From Chloroflexota bacterium (lineage in GTDB: Bacteria > Chloroflexota > Limnocylindria > Limnocylindrales > CSP1-4): a DNA stretch of 63,219 bases. Shown here piece by piece: positions 1 through 8,850 of this stretch. Position 1 is the first letter of the stretch; each line of letters opens with the position of its first letter. The notes below the pieces were generated by a model that had not been told where the DNA came from, ran no database searches, and worked only from the letters and a program-made list of their open reading frames with translations. The stretch covers positions 1 to 63,219 of the forward strand of contig JADGQK010000005.1 of the NCBI GenBank assembly GCA_017881915.1, in the 5' to 3' direction. The position numbers were made by a program, and so were the translations under genes.

Positions 1-307
1 AGGTTGTTGAATGGGACGTCGGTGACCGTGACCGTGAGGCCGGGGTTCGCCGTCTTGACGGCGGCAACGATCTTGTCGAAGGCGTCCTTCTCGGCGGTAC
101 CGGACGCTCCGTATGCCTCCCAGATCGTCAACGCCCCGCTGAGCGCGGCGGCGCTCGGGCTGGCCGCGGCCGATGTGCCGGCCGATGGGACGGCCGACGT
201 GGCCGACGACGGCTGCGTCGTCGGCGCCGTGGTGGCGCCACCGCTGCACGCGCTGGCGATCAGCACCACTGCGCCGATCAACGCGCCAAATTGAGTCTTT
301 CTCAGCA
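1..307 (-). CDS. ABC transporter extracellular solute-binding lipoprotein, N-terminal part (gene continues past the window start)
   Basis: Reverse translation from the ATG at 307 gives MLRKTQFGALIGAVVLIASACSGG..., a signal peptide with a lipobox Cys. It continues ...LTIWEAYGASGTAEKDAFDKIVAAVKTANPGLTVTVTDVPFNN, typical of family-1 sugar binding proteins. A GGAGGAGG SD lies about 10 nt upstream. The ORF is absent from the track because the window edge truncates it. Confidence 0.75.
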
Positions 308-432
308 TCCTGGTTGGACCTCCTCCGTGATCTGGCTGCCCGCCTGGACCGATCGTCGGCCCGCGTCGGCGGTAGACAGGCTGTTCGTTCGGCCGGATCC
401 GGCCTCGCTCGATGGCTTCGTGGGCACCTCCT

Positions 433-1512
433 TCAGTCGGCGCGGCGTCGATCGATCGGCGCGGGCCCGGTGGACGCTCGGGCCACGAGCCGGGTCGCGA
501 GGGTTTCGTGGATCGGCTCGGCGGCATCGCCGCCGAGGATGGCAATCAGGAGACGGACGGCCTGCTCGCCCTTGCGGGCGATCGGCTGGTGGATCGTGGT
601 CAGCGCCGGATCGGCGAAGCGAGCGAGGTCGACGTCATCAAAACCGACGACGCTGATGTCCCCGGGCACGCTGAGCCCCCGCTCGCGGGCCGCGCGCATC
701 GCCCCGACCGCAGTGGCGTCGCTCATCGCCAGCACCGCGGTCGGGCGCTGACCGGCGTCCCACGCTTCGGCGAACGAGGCGGCACCGCCCGGGATGGTCG
801 CCTCGGAGGTGACGATCGCCTCGTCGGGCAGGGCGATCCCGGCCGCCGCGAGGGCGGCTCGATAGCCGCGCAGACGGCGGGCCGGCACGCCGTCGGGGTC
901 CTCGCCGCTGACCCGCTCCGAGGGCGCGATCGAGAGGACCACGAAGGCCCGATGGCCCAACCCGACCAGGTGCTCCGCTGCCAGGCGCGCGCCACCTTCA
1001 TCGTCGACCTCGATCGAGGGTTGATCCGGCAGGGCACTCGAGTCGACCAGGACCATCGGCAGGCCGGCCCGGCGGATCTGCTCGACCTCGGGATGATCGG
1101 CCGACAGGCCGACCGCCACGACGCCGTCCACGGTCGCCCGGCCAACCGCCCGGGCCAGCGAGCCCTGCAGCGGCGAGATGAAGTGGAGGGCATACCCGGC
1201 GGCCTCGGCCGCCACGGCTACGCCCGCATTGAACGTCCCGAAATAGGGGTTCTCGAAGACGATTGCGAGCGCCTGCGGGGTCAGGATCCCGATTGAGCGC
1301 GTTCGGCCCTGGGTCAGCATCCGGGCGACCGGGTGGGGCCGATAGCCGAGCGTGTCGGCCACCGATCGAATTCGGCTCGCCGTGTTCGGAGCGAGCCGGC
1401 CGGGCTGGTTGAACGCGAATGACACGGCGGTCTTCGATACCCCGGCCGCGCTGGCCACATCGGAGATCGTCGGACGCCGGACCAGTTGATTCACGCGGTC
1501 GTCAACCCTCAT
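433..1512 (-). CDS. LacI family transcriptional regulator
   Basis: The N-terminal HTH reads TISDVASAAGVSKTAVSFAFNQPGRLAPNTASRIRSVADTLGYRPHPVARML, followed by a periplasmic-binding-protein-like sugar-binding core. The start is set at the internal Met (MRVDDRV...); the longer ORF to 1593 adds a non-homologous Arg-rich leader. Confidence 0.9.
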   Translation of the reverse strand: MRVDDRVNQLVRRPTISDVASAAGVSKTAVSFAFNQPGRLAPNTASRIRSVADTLGYRPHPVARMLTQGRTRSIGILTPQALAIVFENPYFGTFNAGVAVAAEAAGYALHFISPLQGSLARAVGRATVDGVVAVGLSADHPEVEQIRRAGLPMVLVDSSALPDQPSIEVDDEGGARLAAEHLVGLGHRAFVVLSIAPSERVSGEDPDGVPARRLRGYRAALAAAGIALPDEAIVTSEATIPGGAASFAEAWDAGQRPTAVLAMSDATAVGAMRAARERGLSVPGDISVVGFDDVDLARFADPALTTIHQPIARKGEQAVRLLIAILGGDAAEPIHETLATRLVARASTGPAPIDRRRAD

Positions 1513-1592
1513 CGGTCGCTGATCCGTCGCGTCGGGGCGGCCGACCGGCCCGCCAGCGGTGATCTGCCGCCGAACGACGTGGAACTCTGCCA

Positions 1593-1615
1593 AAACCGGT
1601 TTAGCAAACCGGTTT
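1593..1615. promoter_or_regulatory. Tandem palindromic operator candidate (2 x AAACCGGTTT)
   Basis: The perfect 10-bp palindrome AAACCGGTTT occurs twice (1593-1602 and 1606-1615), as AAACCGGTTTAGC AAACCGGTTTAGG. It sits in the divergent region between the LacI gene and the SMP-30 gene. The core resembles LacI/GalR-type AANCGNTT operators. Confidence 0.45.
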
Positions 1616-1806
1616 AGGCGACGCTAGCAGGTCGTCGCTCGGCCGTCAAGATGCGCATGTCACGGAGTCAACATCGGTCAACGGCGGCCGGCTGCGGCCC
1701 GATCAGCGCTCCAATTCCGTGCCCTGATCCGGGCCGCCCGAGGCCAGGACGCGTTCCTGGCCGGGGATCGCCGCAGCCCGGTGTCCGCGGACGCTACAGT
1801 TGGCGG

Positions 1807-2730
1807 GTGAGCAGCGCGATCCGGGTCGTCCACGCGGAGCTCGTCGATATTGACCTCGGCCCGGACGAGATCGGCGAGGGGCCGGTCTGGCTGACGGACC
1901 GCGCCGAGCTTGCCTGGGTGGACATCGAGCGTGGGCTGATCCACCTGCTCGACGTCGCAGCCGGTCGGGTTCGGACCATCGCAGTCGGCGAGATGGTCGG
2001 GGCCATCGCACCAACGCGGTCCGGCTCCCTGGTCGCGGCGGTCGCCACGGGATTCGTGCTCGTCGATCCGACCAGCGGGCGTATTCACCGAATCGTCGAT
2101 CTCGATCCGATCGATCCCACGATTCGGATGAACGACGGCAAGGCCGATCCGTGGGGGCGATTCTGGGCCGGGACGATGGGGCTCGACAAGCGCCCCGGTG
2201 CCGGGAACCTGTACTGCCTGGAGTCCGGCCAGCCGGTCAGCTTGGCGGTCGAGGGCGTCACGATCTCGAACGGCCTCGACTGGAGCGACGACCGCTCGAC
2301 GATGTACTACGTCGATACGCCCACCCGGAGGGTCGACCGCTTCGATCTCGACAGCACAGGGACCACGCTCACGAACCGGCGACCGTTCATCCTGGTGCCC
2401 GCTGCCCTGGGAACGCCCGACGGGCTGACCGTGGACCGGGCGGGGCAGTTGTGGCTGGCCCTGTGGGGCGGCTCGGCCGTGCGCTGCTATTCATCTGGCG
2501 GAGAGCCCGGCACGATGATCGAGCTGCCGACCAGCCACGTCACGAGCTGCACGTTCGGCGGACCTGACCTGGCAGATCTGTACATCACGACTGCCCGGAG
2601 CGAGCTCAACCCGGTCCAGCTCCACCGAGAGCCACTGGCAGGACGCCTGTTCCGCTGCCGTCCCGGGGCCCTGGGGCGACCGGCGAATCTATTCGACGAC
2701 TCGAGCCCGGAGCTTCGCCGCGCCGGCTGA
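1807..2730 (+). CDS. SMP-30/gluconolactonase/LRE family lactonase
   Basis: Family motifs seen: EGPVWL, ISNGLDWSDD..MYYVDT, PDGLTVDRAGQLWLALWGG and TSCTFGGPDLADLYITTA. The start is placed at the GTG at 1807 (307 aa, the usual family length). The upstream part of ORF 1651..2730 is Arg/Pro-rich and non-homologous. Confidence 0.85.
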   Translation: MSSAIRVVHAELVDIDLGPDEIGEGPVWLTDRAELAWVDIERGLIHLLDVAAGRVRTIAVGEMVGAIAPTRSGSLVAAVATGFVLVDPTSGRIHRIVDLDPIDPTIRMNDGKADPWGRFWAGTMGLDKRPGAGNLYCLESGQPVSLAVEGVTISNGLDWSDDRSTMYYVDTPTRRVDRFDLDSTGTTLTNRRPFILVPAALGTPDGLTVDRAGQLWLALWGGSAVRCYSSGGEPGTMIELPTSHVTSCTFGGPDLADLYITTARSELNPVQLHREPLAGRLFRCRPGALGRPANLFDDSSPELRRAG

Positions 2731-2740
2731 GCCCGTTCGG

Positions 2741-3211
2741 TCAGGGTGCCGCCAGGGCTTGCGCGACCGCCAGGTACTCGCCGGCGGTCACATGCCGGCG
2801 GGAGGTCTCGAGCAGGTAGCGTTCGATGCTCCCTGTCGGGTCCGCCATGACCGCCCGCGCTCCGTCGCCCGGAGCCGCCACCTCGCCCCGATAGGCGACC
2901 AGCGTGCGACCCGGGAGCAGGATCGTGAACCCGTGATAGCCCAGGCCGCCAACCGGGGGCGTGCGCGTGCTCTGCGGCAGGGCCAGCAGGGCCGCATCCA
3001 GGGCGGCGGCCTCCTCCCCCGTCAATGCCCACTGTGGATCGGGCCGGCCGGAGTACAGGCCCATGACCACGGTCACCGCTTCCGCCGGACCGACGCTTCC
3101 CGACGCAGCTGTGCTCGGCGCGGGCGCCCTCGGGCTTGGCGTGACGGAGCTTGCGCAGGCCGCGACCAGGAACAGGCCGATGATGAATGCCAGGTCTCGA
3201 GGGGTCCTCAC
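2741..3211 (-). CDS. Hypothetical secreted lipoprotein
   Basis: The start is a GTG at 3211 with a GGAGGG SD 4 nt upstream. The signal peptide and lipobox read VRTPRDLAFIIGLFLVAAC, followed by a Pro/Ser/Ala linker and then a domain of about 100 aa with no family I recognise. It is the last gene of the long minus-strand operon. Confidence 0.55.
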   Translation of the reverse strand: MRTPRDLAFIIGLFLVAACASSVTPSPRAPAPSTAASGSVGPAEAVTVVMGLYSGRPDPQWALTGEEAAALDAALLALPQSTRTPPVGGLGYHGFTILLPGRTLVAYRGEVAAPGDGARAVMADPTGSIERYLLETSRRHVTAGEYLAVAQALAAP

Positions 3212-3233
3212 GGGCCCTCCATTCGCGGGGGCA

Positions 3234-4097
3234 TCACGCAGGGGCAGCTCCGTAGTGCTGGGCAACCTTCCGCTTCATGAACGCGAGGCCTTCCGTGGCC
3301 ACCTGGTCCGGCGAGTCGAAGAGCGGGCGCCAGATCTTCGTTGCGGCAGCGAGGTTGGGCAATGCGTCGCCAAACGACTCCACCGTGAGCCAGCCGTCGT
3401 AGCCGATCGCGTGGAGTGCGGCGAACGTCGCGTCCCAGGCCACGTGGCCGGTGCCCGGCACGCCCCGATCATTCTCCGAGATGTGGACATACCCGATCCG
3501 GGGACCGGCCGCCCGGATCGAATCGCCGGGCAGCTTCTCCTCGATGTTGGCGTGGAACGTATCGAGATGGACGAGGCAGTTCGGCTGGCCGACCTCGTCG
3601 ACGAAGCGGATCGCCTGCGCCATCGTGTTGAGGAGGTACAGCTCGAACCGGTTCACGACTTCCTCGGTGAGCGTCAGGCCTGCTCCGGCCGCATATTCGG
3701 CGACCCGGCGAATGTGATCCACGCTCCGTGACCACTCTTCGTCGGTCGGGCCACGCCCGCTGAATACGCCCAGGGCAATCTGGTGCGGCCCGGCCAGGAT
3801 CGTGGCTCCGACGGCCGCGCAGCAGTCGACCACCTTCTGCATGTGCTCGTAGGCGCGGCGCTGGACCGTCGGGTCCAGGCTGACCGGGTTGTACTCGGGC
3901 GCGACGACGTGGTTGGCGGTTCGCTCGAGCCCGAGGTCGTCCAGGCGACGCGCCCACGTCGCCCACTTCGAGGGGTCGAGGTCGAACACGGGGACCTCAA
4001 CTCCGTCGTACCCGGTCCGACGCAGGGACTCCAGCACCGGCAGGAGACCGTCATCCATGTCATCGGCCCACAGCATCAGGTTCATGCCGTACTTCAT
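3234..4097 (-). CDS. Sugar phosphate isomerase/epimerase (xylose isomerase-like TIM barrel; ketose 3-epimerase-like)
   Basis: MKYGMNLMLWADD...GYDGVEVPVFD...HLDTFHANIEE...GYVHISENDRGVPGTGHV is typical of the AP_endonuc_2 / tagatose-psicose 3-epimerase family. A GGAGG SD precedes the ATG at 4097. Confidence 0.85.
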   Translation of the reverse strand: MKYGMNLMLWADDMDDGLLPVLESLRRTGYDGVEVPVFDLDPSKWATWARRLDDLGLERTANHVVAPEYNPVSLDPTVQRRAYEHMQKVVDCCAAVGATILAGPHQIALGVFSGRGPTDEEWSRSVDHIRRVAEYAAGAGLTLTEEVVNRFELYLLNTMAQAIRFVDEVGQPNCLVHLDTFHANIEEKLPGDSIRAAGPRIGYVHISENDRGVPGTGHVAWDATFAALHAIGYDGWLTVESFGDALPNLAAATKIWRPLFDSPDQVATEGLAFMKRKVAQHYGAAPA

Positions 4098-4205
4098 TGG
4101 TCGATCCTCCTGCTGCCGTGAAGACCGCGACCCGATATCGGCCGGGCCGGCGTCATGCGTGGGCATGCCTGGCCAGCCAGGCGCCGATCGCGTCGGCCGC
4201 GCAGC

Positions 4206-5315
4206 CTACGCGACCGGCTGTGGACTCAACAGCTCAACGCGATGGGCGAATTCGTCAAGCTGGTCGACGCCTTCGAGCGCGCCCATCTCGAGGTCGTAGG
4301 TGCGCCGCTCCCCAGGGCCAAGCTCGATCAGCTCGCCCCTGCTGCGGGCGTCCCAGCGACCTGCGTCGCGATTGGTGCTCGCCTCGAGGGCGACCACGTA
4401 GAGGTCCTCGCCCAGCATGCGCCAGGTCGTCTGGTGCGGGAGCTGGGCCTTGTTGTACAGCTGATAGACGCCGATCCCGAGCCGTCGATTGATGATGCCG
4501 ACGGGCACTATGCCGTCTGGCTCGGCCACGACGTCATGCTCGAAACAGCGCTCCATGAGATTTGGTATCGGCGCTTCGAGCCTCCGATAGTTTCCGGCCG
4601 GTGCCGGATCGGTGGGCACGCCGGGCCCTGGGACCAGCAATTGCGCCCCGTCATCCACGACCGGGAAGCCGACGTTGCAGTGGTACAGGAGCATGTGGGT
4701 GGTACGCGTATGGCCGGTGTTCTCAACCTCGTCGTGGATCCGGAACGAGGACTTGCCGACGACTGCCTCCACCCGTCGGCGGAGCGTCAGGTTCTCGCCG
4801 AAGATGGCGACCTGCTGAACCACGCCCTCTGCCCAGAGGACGCACTCGTCGCCGTCCCAGCGCTCCCCGTACCCAGTCAACCGGGCGGGTAGGGTCCAGA
4901 CACGGCCCATCAGGCCATACATGTCCGTCGTCTTGAGATGGGGCTGGTTGAACTGCTCGGCCGTGTCTTCGCCGCCCAGCAGGGTGTGGTCCAGTCCCGC
5001 TGTCGAGACCATCCCGCCGGGGAAGCTGCGGAACCAGCCGAGTCCCGCAGACTCGGAGAACCACGGCCCCACGAAACCAGGCGGTGAGATCCAGGCCATC
5101 GGCGTCCCGTTCTTCTCGCAGCGCCCGATATCGAACGCTCGGTCGACGACGACATCGAAAGCGAAGCCGGTCCCCGTGCGGAATTCAAGGAAGCGGATGC
5201 CCCGCTCGGTCCCGTCACCGGCAGTCACCAGGCGAACACCGGCGACCTGCTCCAGGCGGCCAATCCGGCGCATGAGCTCTGATCGGTCGTAGTGACCTTC
5301 AAATAGGTTCGGCAT
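4206..5315 (-). CDS. Aldose 1-epimerase-like protein (DUF4432-like)
   Basis: The 369-aa product has a mutarotase-fold-like sequence (…GIRFLEFRTGTGFAFDVVVDRAFDIG…YGLMGR…HMLLYHCNVGFP…). The start is the MPNLFEG Met, with a GAGGAG SD. Confidence 0.7.
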   Translation of the reverse strand: MPNLFEGHYDRSELMRRIGRLEQVAGVRLVTAGDGTERGIRFLEFRTGTGFAFDVVVDRAFDIGRCEKNGTPMAWISPPGFVGPWFSESAGLGWFRSFPGGMVSTAGLDHTLLGGEDTAEQFNQPHLKTTDMYGLMGRVWTLPARLTGYGERWDGDECVLWAEGVVQQVAIFGENLTLRRRVEAVVGKSSFRIHDEVENTGHTRTTHMLLYHCNVGFPVVDDGAQLLVPGPGVPTDPAPAGNYRRLEAPIPNLMERCFEHDVVAEPDGIVPVGIINRRLGIGVYQLYNKAQLPHQTTWRMLGEDLYVVALEASTNRDAGRWDARSRGELIELGPGERRTYDLEMGALEGVDQLDEFAHRVELLSPQPVA

Positions 5316-5423
5316 GGACGACTCCTCGGTGATGGAGGCCTGGCACGGATCTTCGCAAGCGGCGCCAGGACGGCCGCCCACCGATGGCCGCGCGGTTAGG
5401 CGGCCATCGGTGGTCGACGCCAG

Positions 5424-6866
5424 CTACGCTTCGCCGATTGCCTCGCCGGCTTTCAGGAGCCAGTCTTCCTCGCCTCGCGCCCGCAGGTAGAACAGGATCG
5501 CGATGCCAATGATCAGCCAGACCCCGTCGATCAACGGGGCGTAAACGTACGGTGCCGCGGGCAACGTCGGGAAGAACGACGCATACACGGCATAGATCAG
5601 CACGGCCGAACCGATGAACGGGAAGATCACGTGCAGGAAGATGTTGAACTCGTCCTTGTGCTCACCCCGGTAGAACATGAACACGGCCAGGTTGGCCATC
5701 AGGTAGACCACGGTCACGCCCAGGACCAGGATCAGGCCGTCCACGAAGAAGAACGACACATCCGGGCCGAACCAGAACGCCGGCAGGAGCCCGATCCCGA
5801 GGGACAGGACCATCTGCATCAGGATCGCGTTGGTCGGGGTCTTGTGCTCCGTATGGGTCACGGCCAGGGCCTTGGGGAAGGACCCGCTGCGGGCCATGCT
5901 GTACCACATCCGGGTGCTCACGTTGGCCGTCGAAAGACCGTTGCCGATGACGCTGTTCAGGAACGCGATGAGGATCAGGATCCAGCCCGCGCCCCACACC
6001 CGGTGGGCCAGGTCCAGGGCCGGCAGCTCCTTGTCGTTGATGATGTCGTTGACGTTGTTGATCCCGAAGCCGGTGATCACGCCCCAGAAGACGATCACCA
6101 GGTAGATCCCGATGATCACGATCGAGAGGTAGACCGACAAGGGGACATTTCGCTTCGGGTTCGTCGTTTCCTCGCCGAGAGGCGCGGCGGCCTCCCAACC
6201 CGTGAGCCCCTGCACGGAGAACACGACGGCCAGGGCAAATGACGACAAGCCGAGCCACTTGCCCGGATCAAAGACCGAGACTGACACTCCGCCGGGCCCG
6301 GGCTCAATGAATCCGGTGATGGCCAATGCGAGCACGATCAACATCTCGAGCCCGCCGGTGATCACCAGGGCCCTGGCCGAGAGCTTCAGGCCGCGGTGCT
6401 GCATGTAGGCGATCATCGGCGCGAAGACCACCACGCTCAATGCCCACAGCCAGGGCATGTCGATGCTGTAGTTCGACTTCAGCTCGTTCTGAACGATGAA
6501 GCCGAAGAATGCATAGACTGGTCCCGATGCGATCGGCGAATAGAGGATGAACATCCACGACGTGAGGAAGCCCGCCCGAGGGTGGATGGCCCGACTGACG
6601 TAGGTGTAGTACCCGCCGGCCGACGGCAGGTGCTTGGACAGCTGGACCAGGGTGCTGCCAAGCAGCAGCACGATGATGAACCCGGCGACATAGGCAAGAG
6701 GCGCCGTGATTCCCGCGAGGGAGATCACGAACTGGGTGAAGAACAGCGCGGCGATTGCAGGCGAGATGTGGGTGATCGCCTGCATCGTGGCGCCGACGAG
6801 CCCGATCTGATCCTTTTCAAGATCGTTGGTTATCGGGCTCGCCGGGCTGGGCGACGATTGACTCAT
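5424..6866 (-). CDS. APC superfamily amino acid/amine permease
   Basis: The product is about 480 aa with roughly 12 hydrophobic segments and an APC-like N-terminus (…GLVGATMQAITHISPAIA…). The ATG at 6866 has an AAGGAG SD 8 nt upstream. Confidence 0.85.
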   Translation of the reverse strand: MSQSSPSPASPITNDLEKDQIGLVGATMQAITHISPAIAALFFTQFVISLAGITAPLAYVAGFIIVLLLGSTLVQLSKHLPSAGGYYTYVSRAIHPRAGFLTSWMFILYSPIASGPVYAFFGFIVQNELKSNYSIDMPWLWALSVVVFAPMIAYMQHRGLKLSARALVITGGLEMLIVLALAITGFIEPGPGGVSVSVFDPGKWLGLSSFALAVVFSVQGLTGWEAAAPLGEETTNPKRNVPLSVYLSIVIIGIYLVIVFWGVITGFGINNVNDIINDKELPALDLAHRVWGAGWILILIAFLNSVIGNGLSTANVSTRMWYSMARSGSFPKALAVTHTEHKTPTNAILMQMVLSLGIGLLPAFWFGPDVSFFFVDGLILVLGVTVVYLMANLAVFMFYRGEHKDEFNIFLHVIFPFIGSAVLIYAVYASFFPTLPAAPYVYAPLIDGVWLIIGIAILFYLRARGEEDWLLKAGEAIGEA

Positions 6867-7003
6867 AGTCTCCACTCCTTCACGAACTCACGCTACCTGG
6901 GTCATTGCGTGCTGCTGATCTCGCTGGGCAATCCGCCCAATTCGCACCAATCACCAACTGGTTATGGCTTCCTCCTTCGCACCCAATTGCCCAGACGACG
7001 CGG

Positions 7004-7981
7004 TCAGAAGATCGCGAGTGGATTCCAGGGCGAGCCCGTCGCCCGGGGCAGTCGGAGCGGTGCTCCGACGACAAGAAAGTCGAACCGGCCGAGCTCCTGG
7101 CTCACCTTGGCCAGGTCCTCGAACTGGAGGCTGTCAGAGCAGGCCATGCCCATCCCGACGATCTGGAGAGCGTGGATCGGGTAGAGGATGCCGTCGACGG
7201 AGCTCGGGACGGCCTCGCCGTCACCGTCGGGCAGGAAGGCCGCGATCCGGCGTTCGTGCATCCACGGAATCGTGTCGACGTGCAGGCCGGCCTTGCCTTC
7301 ACCGGCGTAGCCGTTGTCCCACGCTCCCAGCTCGAGCCGGCGGCGGTGGTGACCCGTCCGATAGACCAGGATGTCACCCTCCCCGAGCTGGACACCCTCG
7401 GCCCGCTCGACCTCCTCGAGCTCGGCCCGGGTCACGGCTTCGCCCGGCTCGAGCCACTTGACACCGCGGAAGCGCGGCACGTCCAGGAGCACGCCCCGCC
7501 CGATGATGCCGTTGGCATAGTTCGCAATGTCGAGGCTGGTGGCCCCATGCGAGGTCACGACGCTCTCGGCCGGCCGTCCGTTGTACACCGTGCCGTTGTA
7601 GGCGAGGTGGCACAGTGCGTCGACGTGGGTGTGGCAGTCGCCGTGGAAGTTCATCCCGAGGAAGTCGGTGGCGAACCGGAGGCTCCCCGAGCCGAGGTCC
7701 CAATCGTGCATCTGGCTCATGTAGTGAATGGCCGGATTCGGGTTGTCCGGGCCGGCCGTCGTGTTGATCGGGATGGACAGCGAGACGCTGCGGCCCGCGC
7801 GAACGAGCGCCGCGGCGGCCCGGACGTGGTCTGGCGTGATGTAGTTGAGGGTCCCCAGCTGGTCGTCCGGTCCCCAGCGCCCCCAGTTCTTGACCGACTC
7901 GAGGAGTGCCTCGAACTCGGCCAGCGAGATATTCGGGGCGCGCCGGGCGACGCTGGCCACGGGCAGCTGGCTGGCGGTCAT
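7004..7981 (-). CDS. Putative cyclase family protein (kynurenine formamidase-like metal hydrolase fold)
   Basis: Motifs seen: NWGRWGPDDQLGTLNYITPD and the metal motif HGDCHTHVDALCH. The start overlaps the stop of the upstream SDR gene by 4 bp (ATGA). Confidence 0.8.
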   Translation of the reverse strand: MTASQLPVASVARRAPNISLAEFEALLESVKNWGRWGPDDQLGTLNYITPDHVRAAAALVRAGRSVSLSIPINTTAGPDNPNPAIHYMSQMHDWDLGSGSLRFATDFLGMNFHGDCHTHVDALCHLAYNGTVYNGRPAESVVTSHGATSLDIANYANGIIGRGVLLDVPRFRGVKWLEPGEAVTRAELEEVERAEGVQLGEGDILVYRTGHHRRRLELGAWDNGYAGEGKAGLHVDTIPWMHERRIAAFLPDGDGEAVPSSVDGILYPIHALQIVGMGMACSDSLQFEDLAKVSQELGRFDFLVVGAPLRLPRATGSPWNPLAIF

Positions 7982-8784
7982 CGGACGCCACCGGGAACCA
8001 GCGGCACATCGAGCTGGCCGGGCACCGGCAGCCCCACGGAGTACGCGCCGTCAACGACCATCAGGGCGCCGCTCATGTACGACGCGTCCTCGGAACACAT
8101 GTACAGGATCGGCTTCGCCATTTCGATCGGCTCCGCGAAGCGGCCCAGCGGCGTGCGATCGAGGAAGACCTTCGACTGGACCGGGTCCTGGATGACGAAC
8201 CAGGACAAGCGCGTGTTGATGATCCCCGGGGCGATCCCGTTCACCCTGATGCCCAGCTTGCCCAGCTCCATGGCCGCCGTGTGCATGATCGCCACCTGGC
8301 CGGACTTCGACGTGTTGTAGAAGACGCCTTCCTGCTCCGGCTGGTAGGCGTTCGTCGAGGAGACGACAACGATCGCGCCGCCGTGGCCTTCCTTGACCAT
8401 CTGGCGAGCCGACTCCTGGACCGACAGCCAGGTTCCCTTGAGGTCGATCCCGATCTGCTGCTCCCAGGATTCGTCGCTGCCCTCCAGGAATGGCACGAAG
8501 TCGGCGATGCCGGCATTCGCGACCATGTAATCGTGGCTCCCGAACCGCTCGGAGCAGGCCGCGACGGCCCGTTGCACGTCGGCCCGCTTCGAGACGTCGC
8601 CGACGACGACCTCGCACTTGCCACCCGCTGCCCGGATCGCCTGCGCGACCTCCTCGAGCACATCGGCATGCCACCCGAACAGTACGACGCCAGCGCCCTC
8701 CTCGGCGAAGCATTCAGCGGTCGCTCGGCCGATCCCGCGTCCGGCACCGGTCACGACCGCCCCCTTGCCCTCAAACCTCTTCAT
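7978..8784 (-). CDS. SDR family oxidoreductase
   Basis: MKRFEGKGAVVTGAGRGIGRA carries the TGxxxGIG motif. The NAG motif and an S…YxxxK catalytic pattern (YNTSK) are also present. Confidence 0.9.
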   Translation of the reverse strand: MKRFEGKGAVVTGAGRGIGRATAECFAEEGAGVVLFGWHADVLEEVAQAIRAAGGKCEVVVGDVSKRADVQRAVAACSERFGSHDYMVANAGIADFVPFLEGSDESWEQQIGIDLKGTWLSVQESARQMVKEGHGGAIVVVSSTNAYQPEQEGVFYNTSKSGQVAIMHTAAMELGKLGIRVNGIAPGIINTRLSWFVIQDPVQSKVFLDRTPLGRFAEPIEMAKPILYMCSEDASYMSGALMVVDGAYSVGLPVPGQLDVPLVPGGVR

Positions 8785-8850
8785 CGCCTCTCCTTGTGAT
8801 GGCTCGGACGCCGCGTGTTGGAGCACGCCGATCGTTCTCGTGTGAGGCCC

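Noticed and set aside
391-404. The perfect palindrome GGCCGGATCCGGCC downstream of the LacI gene stop, considered as a terminator.
   Set aside because: As a hairpin it would give only a 5-bp stem with a 4-nt loop, and there is no U-tract. It is GC-rich sequence that could be palindromic by chance. The evidence is not strong enough to call.
1651-1806. The upstream 52 codons of the SMP-30 ORF (MRMSRSQHRSTAAGCGP…).
   Set aside because: This segment is Arg/Pro/Gly-rich, has no homology to the family, and would make the protein about 50 aa longer than typical. The GTG at 1807 gives a canonical length.
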